DNA from: Octopus bimaculoides
Lineage: Eukaryota
Assembly: GCF_001194135.2 (NCBI RefSeq)
Contig: NC_068983.1
Span: forward strand, 94,766,156-94,830,155
DNA length: 64,000 bases
Direction: 5' to 3'
Below the pieces are notes generated by a model. The model did not search any database and was not told where the DNA came from. It saw nothing but the letters and a program-made list of their open reading frames with translations. The position numbers were made by a program, and so were the translations under genes. Below, piece after piece: positions 11,044 to 22,810 of this stretch. Within the stretch, counting starts at the first letter, position 1. Each line of letters begins with the position of its first letter.

Positions 11044-11917
11044 CAGTGGCGTGCGGTGACTTCTGGAGTTGGGCATGCAATGAACCCCCGGCAATTTTTC
11101 AGTAAAAACATTTTCGTATTCCTACAATTTACACAAAACGAAAAAAAAAACGTTAATTAAACTAATTTAAGATTAATTAGCTACTTCTGAAATAAGAAAT
11201 ATAATATATATAATATTTTGGTTTTCAGAACACTCCAAAAATATAATAGTGCAAACAGATGTTTTGGATAAAAAAATTCAAACTTACACGCCAGGCTTGT
11301 CTAAAAATTATGGCTAATTATAGCAGTTCTAAAGAACTGATCCAGTTCCGGTCAATAAGTGGAACATGCAACAATTCTACACTAACAAGGAGAGAGAGAG
11401 GGGGCCTCATGCATTTTTTTAACCGCATGGCCAGCCTGATTTAATTGCCGAGTCACTGGTAGAGAGAGGAAGGGGGTACAAAATATTTCAAACGCGCTGT
11501 CTTAGCATATCTTTTAACAGGTCACTAAGAGAGAGGGGGGGGGACAAACTAACAGAGATAGATAGAGATAGTTGACATGCGGCTTGTTTCATAGCATTGC
11601 CTACCTGATATATTTGTCGATAGAGAGAGGAAGGGGGTACAAAATATATATGCTATCGGTCTTAGTATATCTTTTAACAGGTCACTAAGAGAGAGAGGGA
11701 GGAAGGACAAACTAACAGACACAGATAGGAAGTGTTTACATGCGGTCTCCTCATCGCATAACTTACTAGTCACTAAATGAGGGGAAGGGAGACAGAATAT
11801 TTCGAAGACAACTGGACAAATTTTCTTTGAAACAAAGTAAATATTTTATCTAATTTCCCAATAGAAATTACTGGACATGCGCTGCTTACTTTGCATTACC
11901 GAGACTGCACGCCACTG
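11044..11917. mobile_element. Non-autonomous hAT element with internal ~120-bp tandem repeats
   Basis: TIR CAGTGGCGTGC.G/CTGCACGCCACTG and an exact 8-bp TSD GTATATAT (11036-11043, 11918-11925). An internal block cttttaacaggtcactaagagagag is repeated. Confidence 0.88.
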
Positions 11918-12219
11918 GTATATATATATATATTATATGCTTGGATATGTACATATTATGTTTAGATATGAAAGTAATTTATTTTTCGTAATAAAAATGC
12001 TCATAATTAACATTATGTAACATTTACAGTATACAACCTATTATTATTTTACCTCATTCATGTCACCTTAAAATGCCAAGATACCCAATATATCATAGTT
12101 TGGTTCAGTAACCATTTTCTTCTGATTTTTTTTCTTCTATGTTTTTATTGTTTAATTTTCTTGTCTACTATTAACTGATGAATTGAACTTGATCTGAGAT
12201 CAAATCATTTATTTTTCAG

Positions 12220-12314
12220 CCAAACAAGTTGGTTCTAATAAGGATATTTCTGAAAATAAAGATACTTCTGATGAAAATGACAGCGATCCTGACAGTAGCT
12301 CTGAAGAAGATTAG
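12220..12314 (+). CDS. PRKRIP1: PRKRIP1 terminal coding exon: (S)KQVGSNKDISENKDTSDENDSDPDSSSEED*
   Basis: ttttcag acceptor in the correct phase, acidic Ser/Asp-rich C-terminus, TAG stop at 12312-12314. Confidence 0.7.
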
Positions 12315-12319
12315 CACAA

Positions 12320-13760
12320 TTAAGAATTCTCTAATTAGCCTGGAAATTATATTTTTTGTCTGGGAAGGATCACAGGATAGTTTAATGGACTTCTTGCATT
12401 TCTGTGATTGTTATGCTAGAAACTATGGCTTTAAGTCCAACATAAAATTTATGTCTAGTTTTTCAAAAACTAGCGTTGAATTTTTGGACACAAAAGTCAA
12501 GTTTTCTGGAGGCAGAATAGTGACAGTTATTTTGCAAGCCAACGTCATCCCACATTTATCTCCACCGCCGCTCCGATCATCCACATCATCTTATTCGGTC
12601 AAATCCGAAATCCCAATTTTTGAGGATAAAACGGATTTGTACTGACATAGGGGATTACTGGAAACATACAAATGCTTTTGTATGTCATTATGTCAAATGA
12701 GGTTACAGTGAATCATGTTTAAAGGAAACAGAAAATGAAATAGCTAAGATTGGCAAAGATAGTCAAACCTATACGCATAATTTTAGCAAACAAAATACAC
12801 TAGATGACAGAATTCCTTTAGTGATTAGCTGGCACCGATGTTTTGCTGGCATTTCAAAAGTATTGCCTGAAAGTTACCAACATGTGGTGAAAAAATATCC
12901 CAGTTTCAAACAGATATTTCCTCAACCGCCCATTGTAGCCTTTTGACGGAATAAGAACATAAAAGAATTATTGACCCCTGTTTCTGTCTCCAAGAAAACG
13001 AACATTTGGAGTATCTGCATGCTGTACCTTAAAGAACAGCCGCAAGAGAGGTAAGCCCTGTTCATTGTGCAACAACATGAGTGAAGTGAATTCCATCAGA
13101 AATCATAACAGAAATGTTATGATTTATACAGAAGGGGGAACATGTAAAGATTCCCATTTAGTGTATGCTGCAGAATGCACGAAATACAACTTAATTTATG
13201 TTAGTTGTACAACAGAAAAATTAAACAAAAGATCTAATGGGCACACATTCGATGTTAGGCACAAGAACAGTAGTTCAACAGAACTTGCTAAACAGTTCGT
13301 TTCAAGCGGCTGCAATTTTGAAGAAGACTTGAAAGTGCATATTCTCAAAAAATATTCTGAATCTACCCCACTTTCACTTCTCAGAATGTATGAGGAGAAA
13401 TATGTTTGCAGGTTATTAACATCATGCCCTGGAGGAATGAATAAGATGACAGGAGAATATCATCAAATTTTTATAAAACTGTTTGATTGAATATTCTTCT
13501 TTCTTTCTTTTTCTTTCCTTTTTTCTGTCGTCTTCCTTTTTCTATTTTTTTCTTTCTTTCTGCCTGTTATAAAACTTAAAAACTGATGATGTCATTCCAT
13601 CAACGTGTGGACGCTGGTTGCTCTCGTTCATACTTTACGTTTATATTTCTGAAATTTTTAATTTTTAATCACCTCTTGTTTTGAACTTGGCAAAGACAGA
13701 CATACTGTTGAAATATTGTTCAACGAATAAAATATCTATACAATTGAATCGCACTCTTCA
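12320..13760 (+). mobile_element. Degenerate Penelope-like element: RT C-terminus, GIY-YIG and 3' pLTR
   Basis: IFFVWEGS..L.DFL...IKF..S.S..SVEFLD matches RT motifs 5-7. The CxxC...VYAAEC.K..LIYV.CT..L..R.NGH frame (13065-13490) is GIY-YIG. AATAAA at 13726-13731. Confidence 0.85.
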
Positions 13761-13808
13761 TCTTGACTATTTACCTTCGTGAAGAGTTACATCAATCCTT
13801 TTTAAGAT

Positions 13809-14255
13809 ATTATTATTACTCAGGTCATTGCCTGGAATCGAACTCGGAATCTTGGGGTTAGTAGCCCACACTCTTAGCCACTACACCATATGCCTGTGGG
13901 CACGTAGAGTGAATTATAGGGCTTATAAATCTAATATTTTCCTATCCTTTATAAGTCCTAAAATTCACTCCATAATTGCCCACAGGCATATGGCATAGTG
14001 GTTAAGAGCACGGGCTACTAACCCCAAGATTCCGAGTTTGATTCCAGACAGTGACCTGAATAATGATAATAATAACATCAAAAAATACCTTAGGAATGAG
14101 AACCCAAGTTTCAAATTTCCCTAAGACACCTAATGAAGGCTGGAGGGTATATCAGCCGAAATGTTGTGTTAACAACAAACAAGATGAGGACAAATATCCA
14201 TCAAATGTAAATAATGTACATAATTCCTCATCTCTTAAATTTAGAAATTGATGTA
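13809..14255 (+). mobile_element. tRNA-head/hammerhead-tail element, copy 1 (5' inverted duplication of the tRNA-like head)
   Basis: 13809-13902 is the reverse complement of 13977-14073. A-box tagtggttaag, B-box gtttgattcc, (AAT)n, then an HHR fold at 14125-14170 whose core is mutated to CUAAUGA. Confidence 0.8.
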
Positions 14256-14670
14256 CAGTTTTAATATTATTGACTGCTATGAACATTCAAACTTGCACCT
14301 GTCCTCCTAATTCATAATGCTAAATTTATCTCTTTTGAACATGTTAATTTGTCAACATAGAAACTTTTAAAGATGCTTTTCTAATTCATCATTTTAAACT
14401 TTTACCATTGATAAACAAAAAATATTGTTGAAACTAGTTTGGTATATATATAAGTAAATGTATTTTAAACAATTACAAGTTTTTGAAATTTAGGTGCATT
14501 TTCAACAACACATTTCCCTATATTTTCTCCTGCATAGAAACACCCTGCCTCTTTTGTCATTTATATTTATATACATATATATATGTACACAGATGCATAG
14601 AACACTTTATGACTCATATTGATTTCCAACACACACACACACGTTTGTGTGTGTGTGTATATATATATTC

Positions 14671-14830
14671 AGCTGTGTGGTAAGTAGCTTGCTTACGAAC
14701 CACATGGTTCCGGGTTCAGTCCCATTACGTGGCACCTTGGGCAAGTCTCTTCTTCTGTAGCCTCGGGCCGACCAAAGCCTTGTGAGTGGATTTGGTAGAT
14801 GGAAACTGAAAGAAGCCCATCGTATACATG

Positions 14831-14865
<35 letters not shown>

Positions 14866-15057
14866 ATGTGTTTGTCCCCCCAACATCACTTGACAACCGA
14901 TGCTGGTGTGTTTACGTCCCCGTAACTTAGCAGTTCGGCAAAAGAGACTAATAGTATAAGTACTAGGCTTAGAAAGAATAAGTCCTGGGGTCGATTTGCT
15001 CGACTAAAGGCGGTGCTCCAGCATGGCCACAGTCAAATGACTGAAACAAGTAAAAGA
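14671..15057 (+). mobile_element. tRNA-derived SINE (family A, abundant)
   Basis: tRNA-like head, then accttgggcaagt...gccttgtgagtggatttggtagatggaaactgaaagaagccc, an internal (TA/TG)n, and a 3' body. Other copies occur in the window. Confidence 0.85.
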
Positions 15058-15714
15058 GATATGTATATATACACATGAGTTGCACCTACCTGGTACTTTC
15101 AGATTCTTGTCCTTGAAAATTTCCATTTGATTTGGCATTTATGTACAACACATGCACATTTCTTACTCATTCTCTTTCTCTCCTTGTTTTTGCATTGTTG
15201 TGTATAACGGTCATTGTTAGTTCTCAGCTACATAAATCTCATTCTGCTTCCATATTTATTTCTATGTTCTCTTGCATCTCCAGAATAAATATATAGCAAA
15301 ATTGGCCGCTGATATATTTTCCGAAGTGATTGAATCTGAATGAATCTAATTTGCCAAATTCTTATCAATATAATGCTTATTAATTTTGATATAATATTTT
15401 GTAAGTGAAAAATTTGGAATTTTTTTCCTGTTTAAACCATTTCATTCCTATTTTTGTTATAAAATTCAAACTATCTTTTTTAATGGCTTATCTTATTTTT
15501 CACATATTTCTACTTGCTTTTGGCATTGAATTGCAATATACTTTACTTTGTTATTTCTAACTTTTCTCTCTCTTTTTGAGAGAAAAGGAAGAAGTTATGC
15601 CAGCATGGAAGGCAGACATTAAATGATAATAATGTTATATATATTTATATATACACACACACACACACACACTTTATTTGTGAGTCAACAAGGGAACCAA
15701 TGGTTTCCATTTGG

Positions 15715-15972
15715 TTTGTTAGTTATGATTAGTCCATGTTATTCCAAAAGAACCATAGGGCCTATTTCCCAGTTTCTCTGACGTATGTATTCCTCTCTAG
15801 ATGGGAAGCTGGTCCTTCACAAGATTACTCATTTCTACCAGCTGAGCAGACTGGAGCCATGTGAAATGATGTGCTTTGGTTCAGAATGCAAAGTATCGCC
15901 TGGTTCAGGAATTGAAACCACAATCTTAAAACCATGAGTCCAACAATCTAACCATTAAGCCATGCACCTCCA
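15715..15972 (-). mobile_element. tRNA-derived SINE (family C)
   Basis: The minus strand begins ggaggtgcatggcttaatggttag...ggtttcaattcc, a degenerate A/B box arrangement. Confidence 0.55.
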
Positions 15973-16184
15973 TATGGTATACTTGAACAATTGTGAAGAT
16001 TTACTCACATGAAACCATTGGTTGCCTTGTTAACCCACACATAAAAAATATATATCCACCAATGCAGTATTGAGCACTCACTGTTCAAATTAGCGTGTAT
16101 GTGTGTGTGTGTAAATGTTGAACAATGAGAATGAATGCTCAGCGCCACATTAGTGGATAATATTTATTTATGTATTAAGGCTAA

Positions 16185-16580
16185 AATTGGTTTCATGTTA
16201 AGAAAATATCTAAAAACATTTTTCAAACCAAACACATGGAGGAATGGTGTTTGTCTCCATTTTGGAGACAAATCACAGGAATTCACAATAAAGTCTCAGA
16301 AGAACTTTTGGAAAACAGAACAAGAAATCAAGTGGGGTGACTCTTGGGTAACACTTTTTGGGTGATTCTCTCCCTTATATTTGACTTTTGGAAAAAAATT
16401 TGTGTTGAATAATAAGTTTGTTTAGATTATGTTATATCCTAGGTATGCGAGACTTTGTCATGAATTCCCATGAGTTTTTGAGTTTTAATCCAAAATGGAG
16501 ATGAACACCATTCCTCCATGTGATCGATTTGAAAAATTGTTAGGATATTAAGAGATTTTCTTAACATGAAATCAATGGTA
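16185..16580. repeat. Imperfect long inverted repeat (MITE/fold-back-like)
   Basis: ttggtttcatgttaagaaaat...cacatggaggaatggtgtt..tctccattttgga...aaagtctc (~16185-16298) pairs with gagacttt...tccaaaatggagatgaacaccattcctccatgtg...attttcttaacatgaaatcaa (~16448-16577). Confidence 0.8.
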
Positions 16581-18574
16581 GCATCTCTGTTTCTGGAGGA
16601 TCTGTCACAATTACTAAATGGCAATTGAGAATGGGGAGAAAATCTGATGAATCCAAAATTCTCGAAAGTTAACATGCCATCAAGGAAAAGGATAGACTTA
16701 TTGTTTGGAGATAAGTGGGCATGTTTCTGCTTAAGTAGGTGTCATCAGCACAACAATTGTCCTACCCTATCTGCAGTAGCCACATTTATTGCCTGGGTAA
16801 TTTGTGTAAATTAAACAAAGAGAAATAACTGACATTGGCTAGTGGCATGTCAAGAATTTATGTTGTATAGTATTTGATATACCTGTATTTGATAGTGTTG
16901 TGTGTCTATGTTTGTGTTTACACTGGTTTGAATAAAACTTGTGTTGTTTATGTTGTGTGTTGAACTTAGTAACTTATCACATAGGAATGTATAAAAAAAG
17001 TACCAGTCTGAAAAAAGTTCTGGAGTCAATATGGTTGATTAATTAAACCTTTGAAAGCAGTACCATGGATGGCTACAGTCTTATGAGCAAACCCAGTAAA
17101 AGCTTATCAGAATACAGAAGAAAAAGTGTTGCCTTAGGAAGTTATAACTAGGATGCATTTGAAAGGCATCCAGCCATATAAACTATGTCAAAGCCGACAC
17201 TGGAGCTTCATGTAGCCTTGCAGCACACCAGATCCTGTCAAGCCATCCAACCCATACCAGCATGGAAAGCAAACATTGTTGATGATGATGATGATAATGT
17301 AATATATATTTAAAATGTGATAAGAATAGAAAGTAATTATTAACATTTGTCTCAGTGCTAAAGGGGTTTTTCAATCACCTGTGTGTGTGTATGTAAATAA
17401 ATATAGATGCATGTGTACTTATGTGGAGTGTATGTCTATAGAATTGGTGTATAAGTATAGTAAAATGCATCAAGAGATTTTGATTTGTTCTACTACAAAT
17501 GTTAATGTTTGAGAACATAATAACATTGCAGAGGTCTGGTGCTGTGCTGAGTCCAAAGAAAACCTACTTGACTCTGGGAACACTAGTCCAATAAACTGTA
17601 AGCAGGTACCAAGGACTCATTGTAATTTGCTGTTCTAAATAGAAAGAGCCTTATAAAACTAATTAGTGTTTTGTTAGCTTGCAGCATAGGTTCAAAATTT
17701 GTGTATTTAGCTTAATGAGAAATGTCAGTTTAATAAGCTGTCCAGTATGATACTGACACCTACTGCTTAGGCATCTTTATCAATATTCAGACCAAACTCT
17801 AGTTAAGTGGTTATAAGTAGAAAGAGTATTCAGCTGTAAAGCTCCAACAAAACAAAAATGATTTTCTGTATGTGATAAAAAAAAGTACCCTAATTTGTCT
17901 TCTTGTATATTAAATGTCTGAGTTGAATTGTTTGCTAGACTATTAACTGCCACTTCAGAATGTATTTACAATGTTTATGTCTACAAAATGTTTCAATTGG
18001 TTTGATCTCTAATTGTCATCAGGTGTCTTATTCTCAAATATACACAAGGTCCCAAACTGATTTAAACTTGGAAGCTTTATTTCTAAGCTAAGAAAAAGAA
18101 GGTATGTTCTCTTCTGATAGGCCACTGAAGCATGTACTTCTTGTTTACTTGTAGTCCTCATTCTCCTGAAGGTGTGTATGTGTACACACAGCACCAGACC
18201 AATTGTACAACAGTCTTGGGACCAGAAATGTCGTAGATTTCTAGATGTTTTTGGTTTTGGGGAGACAGTCTAAATATATACATAAAATATTAAATATACT
18301 ATGAAATATAAAGAACTAAATTGTATGCTCTACACTGCCAAAGCATAGTCTGTTTGATATTTTTTTATCTATACCATACTCTACCGGAAAATTAAAAAAT
18401 GCAAAGTAAAGAACATTATTTTAACAGATACAGGTATGAATTAATATACTTCTAATGCAGAGTATGTTTAATCTTTATCAATTCACTTTAAAAAGTGAAG
18501 AACAAAACTATTTTTAACACTGTATGCAAATTAATCAATTTCTGAAAGTCTTTTTATTCAATATAGGGTACAAT

Positions 18575-18613
<39 letters not shown>

Positions 18614-19467
18614 GTTTAACGTCCGCTTTCCATGCTAGCATGGGTTGGACGATTTGACTGAGGACTGGTGAAACCGGATGGCAACACCAGGCTCCAGTCT
18701 GATTTGGCAGAGTTTCTACAGCTGGATGCCCTTCCTAACGCCAACCACTCAGAGAGTGTAGTGGGTGCTTTTACGTGTCACCCGCACGAAAACGGCCACG
18801 CTCGAAATGGTGTCTTTTATGTGCCACCCGNNNNNNNNNNNNNNNNNNNNNNNNNNNNNNNNNNNNNNNNNNNNNNNNNNNNNNNNNNNNNNNNNNNNNN
18901 NNNNNNNNNNNNNNNNNNNNNNNNNNNNNNNNNNNNNNNNNNNNNNNNNNNNNNNNNNNNNNNNNNNNNNNNNNNNNNNNNNNNNNNNNNNNNNNNNNNN
19001 NNNNNNNNNNNNNNNNNNNNNNNNNNNNNNNNNNNNNNNNNNNNNNNNNNNNNNNNNNNNNNNNNNNNNNNNNNNNNNNNNNNNNNNNNNNNNNNNNNNN
19101 NNNNNNNNNNNNNNNNNNNNNNNNNNNNNNNNNNNCAGGTCTTCCTGGGCCTACCTCTTCCACGGGTTCCCTCAACTGTTAGGGTGTGGCACTTTTTCAC
19201 GCAGCTATCCTCCTCCATTCTCACCACATGTCCATACCAGCGCAATCGTCTCTCTTGCACGCCACAACTGATGCTTCTAATGTTCAGCTTTTCTCTCAAG
19301 ATACTTACACTCTGACGGGTATTCACATTGACATTACACATCCAACGGAGCATACTGGCTTCATTCCTTGCGAGCTTACGTATGTCCTCAGCAGTTACAG
19401 CCCATGTTTCACTGCCATGTAGCATGGTTGTTCGTACGCATGCGTCATACAGTCCAAACCCACTCAT
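18575..19467 (-). mobile_element. RTE-clade LINE 3' fragment with tandem-repeat 3'UTR and (GAT)n tail
   Basis: Frame LYDACVRTTMLHGSETW...RNEASMLRWMC...ERRLRWYGHV.RM...G.RGRGRPRKTW, followed by the tail ctagcatggaaagcggacgttaaacgatgatg. Confidence 0.9.
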
Positions 19468-20369
19468 AAGGCTTTGATAGACCTGAGGCTATAGAAGATA
19501 CAATGATATTACACAGTAGTCTCAGATTTCTGGAAATCAAATAAGAGCTCTTGTACAGTGTGTGTGTATATATATATATATATAAAACTTACTGTTAATA
19601 AAAGCTGTGGTGTGTTGCATTCCATTAAATGAAGAAATGTATTGTAAATAATGACAGGGTAAAAAACGTACAGCATATACTGAGTGTACAACCAGACAAG
19701 AGACAGATACAGAAGGTCCCTAATTTTTCATCAGTTATCAACCAGATGGTATTACTCAGTTTTGCACCTTCAATGATAAGACAGAACTTCCTATGCTGGT
19801 GGTGCCCACGAAAGTTGTGGAGAATATATGCCCAAGAGCAAACAAAACAATACAGAGTGGACATACAAAAGTGGATAAATGTAATTTAAGACAATGGACA
19901 AAAATAAAACAAACAAGAAACCAGTAAAATATAGCCTTAGGGCCAAAAAGACAAGAATCGTGATTAATAAGACATCCTAAAGGATTAGAAAACAACAAAT
20001 AGCAAGACAGTAGGACACAGAGAATTCAGGACTGGTCAACTATGCAACTGGTGTAAAAAAAGAGAGAAAGAAGGGCTGGCTATGAGTCACATGTCAGCAG
20101 CAGACTAAGGAAAAAGAGGGCAAGAGAAAGCAACAAAGAAAACAAGGGAAGGGAGGAAAAGGAGAAAGGCTAGAAATAGAAGTGAGAGAGAGAAAAAAAG
20201 AGAAATAGGAAAGACTAGACAGAAGTATTCCAGGTTGGCTTGGGTTTGACAAGGGTCCAGTGAGTCAAGGACTGCATCATATTCTAGTGTCTGCTTTACC
20301 ATGGTTTCTGCAGGTGGATGCCCTTCCTAATGCCAACTACTTAACAATGATATATCCATATATATATAT

Positions 20370-22810
20370 GGGGAGAATTCACAAAAAAACAAATGAAGAC
20401 AGGTGCTGTAGACAACAAACAGATGTATTAGTTTAACGCTCGGGAAGTGCAAAAGTTTTTAACATTTCGAGCTTACGCTCTTCCACAGGAAGAAACAAGG
20501 AGAGAAAATAAAGAATGTGTAGTGGCTAGTGATCTATCAGGGCGAATGCCGGACAGAGTGGTCACACAGGAGAGCTAGGAAGAAGGGGGGATAATAAAGT
20601 AGTGGTGATCCCAAAACGAAGGTGCACGTGCGTGAGTATAAGAGAGTATGTATGTGTGTGGAAGAGGGCTGGTGACCTTGACGTGTGTGGATGTGGGGCT
20701 GGGAAGTGGTCAGTGTTAGTGTGCGCATGGTGGTGTGTGATGGTGTTGGGAGGTGGGGTAGGGTTCTGTAGAGGTGAGGTGGGGTTATGAGGGAGGGTGA
20801 TGAAGAAGGTGGGTAGGAGTGAAGAGAATGTCTCGGAGGTGTTCCACGAACCAGTCAGCCAAGCGGCGTCCCATTTGCCTGATGTATAGAGAAAGGCAGA
20901 GAGAGCAGGAAATGCAGTAGATGACATTGGTAGAAGTACAGGTGAAGGAGTTGGTGATGTGATAGGGTCGGTGAGGAGGGTGGTGTTAGAGAGGTAAAGG
21001 CAAGTGCAGCAGCGTGGGAGGGAGTAGGGTAATGAGCCTGATTGGGAGGTTGTGTTAGGGAAGAAGCTGTGGACCAAGAGGGCTCGTTTGAAGGAGAGGG
21101 GTCGCACTGGAGTTGCCGGAAGGCTCAGCAATTGGTGCGTTGGAGAGGTAGGTGAGGGGAAACGGGAGACAGGAGATGGCGGGGGGAGAGAGCAGATGCA
21201 TGGTCCATGGAATGTGCTCTGGTAAAGGCGGCGTGGATAGTGGTGAGGGGATATCCATGTGGGATGAAGTGGCGAACCATGAGTTGAGACTGAGTCTCAA
21301 AGTTATGGTCGTCACTACAGAGCCTGCGTAGACGGAGGAATAGGAGATGGAAAGCTTGGTGTGTTTAGGGTGGGAGGAGGAGTAGTTGAGGTATGAGTGT
21401 GAGTCTGTGTGTTTGAAGTGAATGGAGGTGGTGAGAGTGGAGTGATGAATGCTGACCGAAATGTCAAGAAAGAAGACAGATAGTGTAGGAGAAGTGGAGG
21501 GCAGGATGAAAAGATTTGACAAAAGAGAGGAAGGAGTCTAGATGTTCGCGGGAGAGTGAGGTCGCACCAATACAATAGTCAATATAACGGCCGTATAGTT
21601 CGTGAGTGGGATCAGTGAAACTTGAGAATATTTGGGCCTGAATGTAGCCAACAAACAGTTTCGCATAGTTGGGCCCCATTCTCATTCCCGTGGCCACTCT
21701 CGAGATCTGCTGGTAAAAATCACCAGCGAACGAGAAGCAGTTGAGTGAGAGGACAAGTTCGGCCAGATGAACGAGTATGGAAGTGTTGGGTTGGGGGTTG
21801 AGTTGAAGATCAAGGAGATGGAGTACACGCAGCCTCTTGTGGTGAGGGATCACTGTGTAAAGGCTCTGGATGTCGAGGGTGAAGAGAAGTTTAGAGGGAC
21901 TAGGAGGGAATGAGAAAGAGTTAAACAAATGAAGTGCGTGGTTGTTGACATGGATGTGAAAGGGGTGGGAAGCCACTAGGGGGCGCAAGGACACGGTCAA
22001 GATATCTGGAGATGACTTCAGTGGGGCAGTTGCAGGCGGAGACGATAGGGCGACCAGGGTTGTTAGGTTTGTGGATTTTGAGGAGGAAGTAAATAGTGGG
22101 AGTGCGAACAATGAGGTTGGAGGTGGTGGGGGAAAGACGGGAGGAGGAGATGAGGTCATGGATGGTGGAGGACACAGTTTGCTGGTAGGGCATGGGATCA
22201 GAGGGCAGTAGAAGGAGGTGTCTTGAAGTTGGCGGAGAGCTTCTGCTTTGTAGAGGTCTGTGCGCCACACCACCATGGCTCCACCCTTGTCGGCTGGTTT
22301 TATGATGATGTCCGTGCAGCGTTGGAGACATTGAAGGGCCGAGAGTTCGGCTGGGGAGATGTTCGCCTGGAAAAGTTAAACTGGTCCACAGCACGCTGTC
22401 AGGCACCCGCAAAAAGACCGACTGCTTACAATTGACCAGAAGCTGATGTCCATAGGGATGGTTGGTGGCCCAGGTCGGTGAAGCAGTTCTCCTCATTAGA
22501 TGCAGGTAGAGTGTCGCGGAAAAGCGCACACAACCTAACATGGTGCACAAAGCTGTGGATATCGGCATGAGTCCGAAATTCGTTGGTGGATAGAGTGAGG
22601 GGGATGAAGTGCAGACCCCTACTGAGGAGGGAGCACTCCGCCTCAGAGAGGGGAAGATCTGGAGGAATGGTAACAACAGACTGAAGTGGAGAAGGGGTGG
22701 ATGGGATAGAAGTAGGAGGGTGGTGGGGGTGGAAGGCTGGGAGGGAGATGATGGGGTATGTGTGTGAGGATGGGGGAGTGTATCAGGGAGGGGAAGGGGT
22801 AGTGGCATCG
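20370..22810 (-). mobile_element. GC-rich Penelope-like retroelement (RT plus GIY-YIG), frameshifted, running into a gap
   Basis: Motifs KIHKPNNPGRPIVS, FTLDIQSLYT.IPH, YQQI..VA.G.RMGP.YA.LFVG, RYIDD-like, FLDISVS, DSHSYL.YSSSHP and IYCISC..C..LYI.Q.GRRL. (TA)n on both flanks. Confidence 0.9.
20456..20495 (-). ncRNA. Hammerhead-like motif at the PLE 3' end (variant or decayed)
   Basis: The minus strand reads CUGUGGA-A-GAGC-guaa-GCUC-GAA-AUGU-U. Stem II is perfect, the core A6 position is U, and stem I is poorly paired. Confidence 0.4.

Noticed and set aside
13985-14060. tRNA-like cloverleaf sequences (also ~31060-31125 and the SINE heads)
   Set aside because: Acceptor stems are incomplete and the sequences are embedded in dispersed repeats, so they are treated as element heads rather than tRNA genes.
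18020-18100. AG/GT-bounded segment resembling an exon between the two genes
   Set aside because: It has stops in all three frames, so there is no support for coding. A non-coding exon cannot be excluded.
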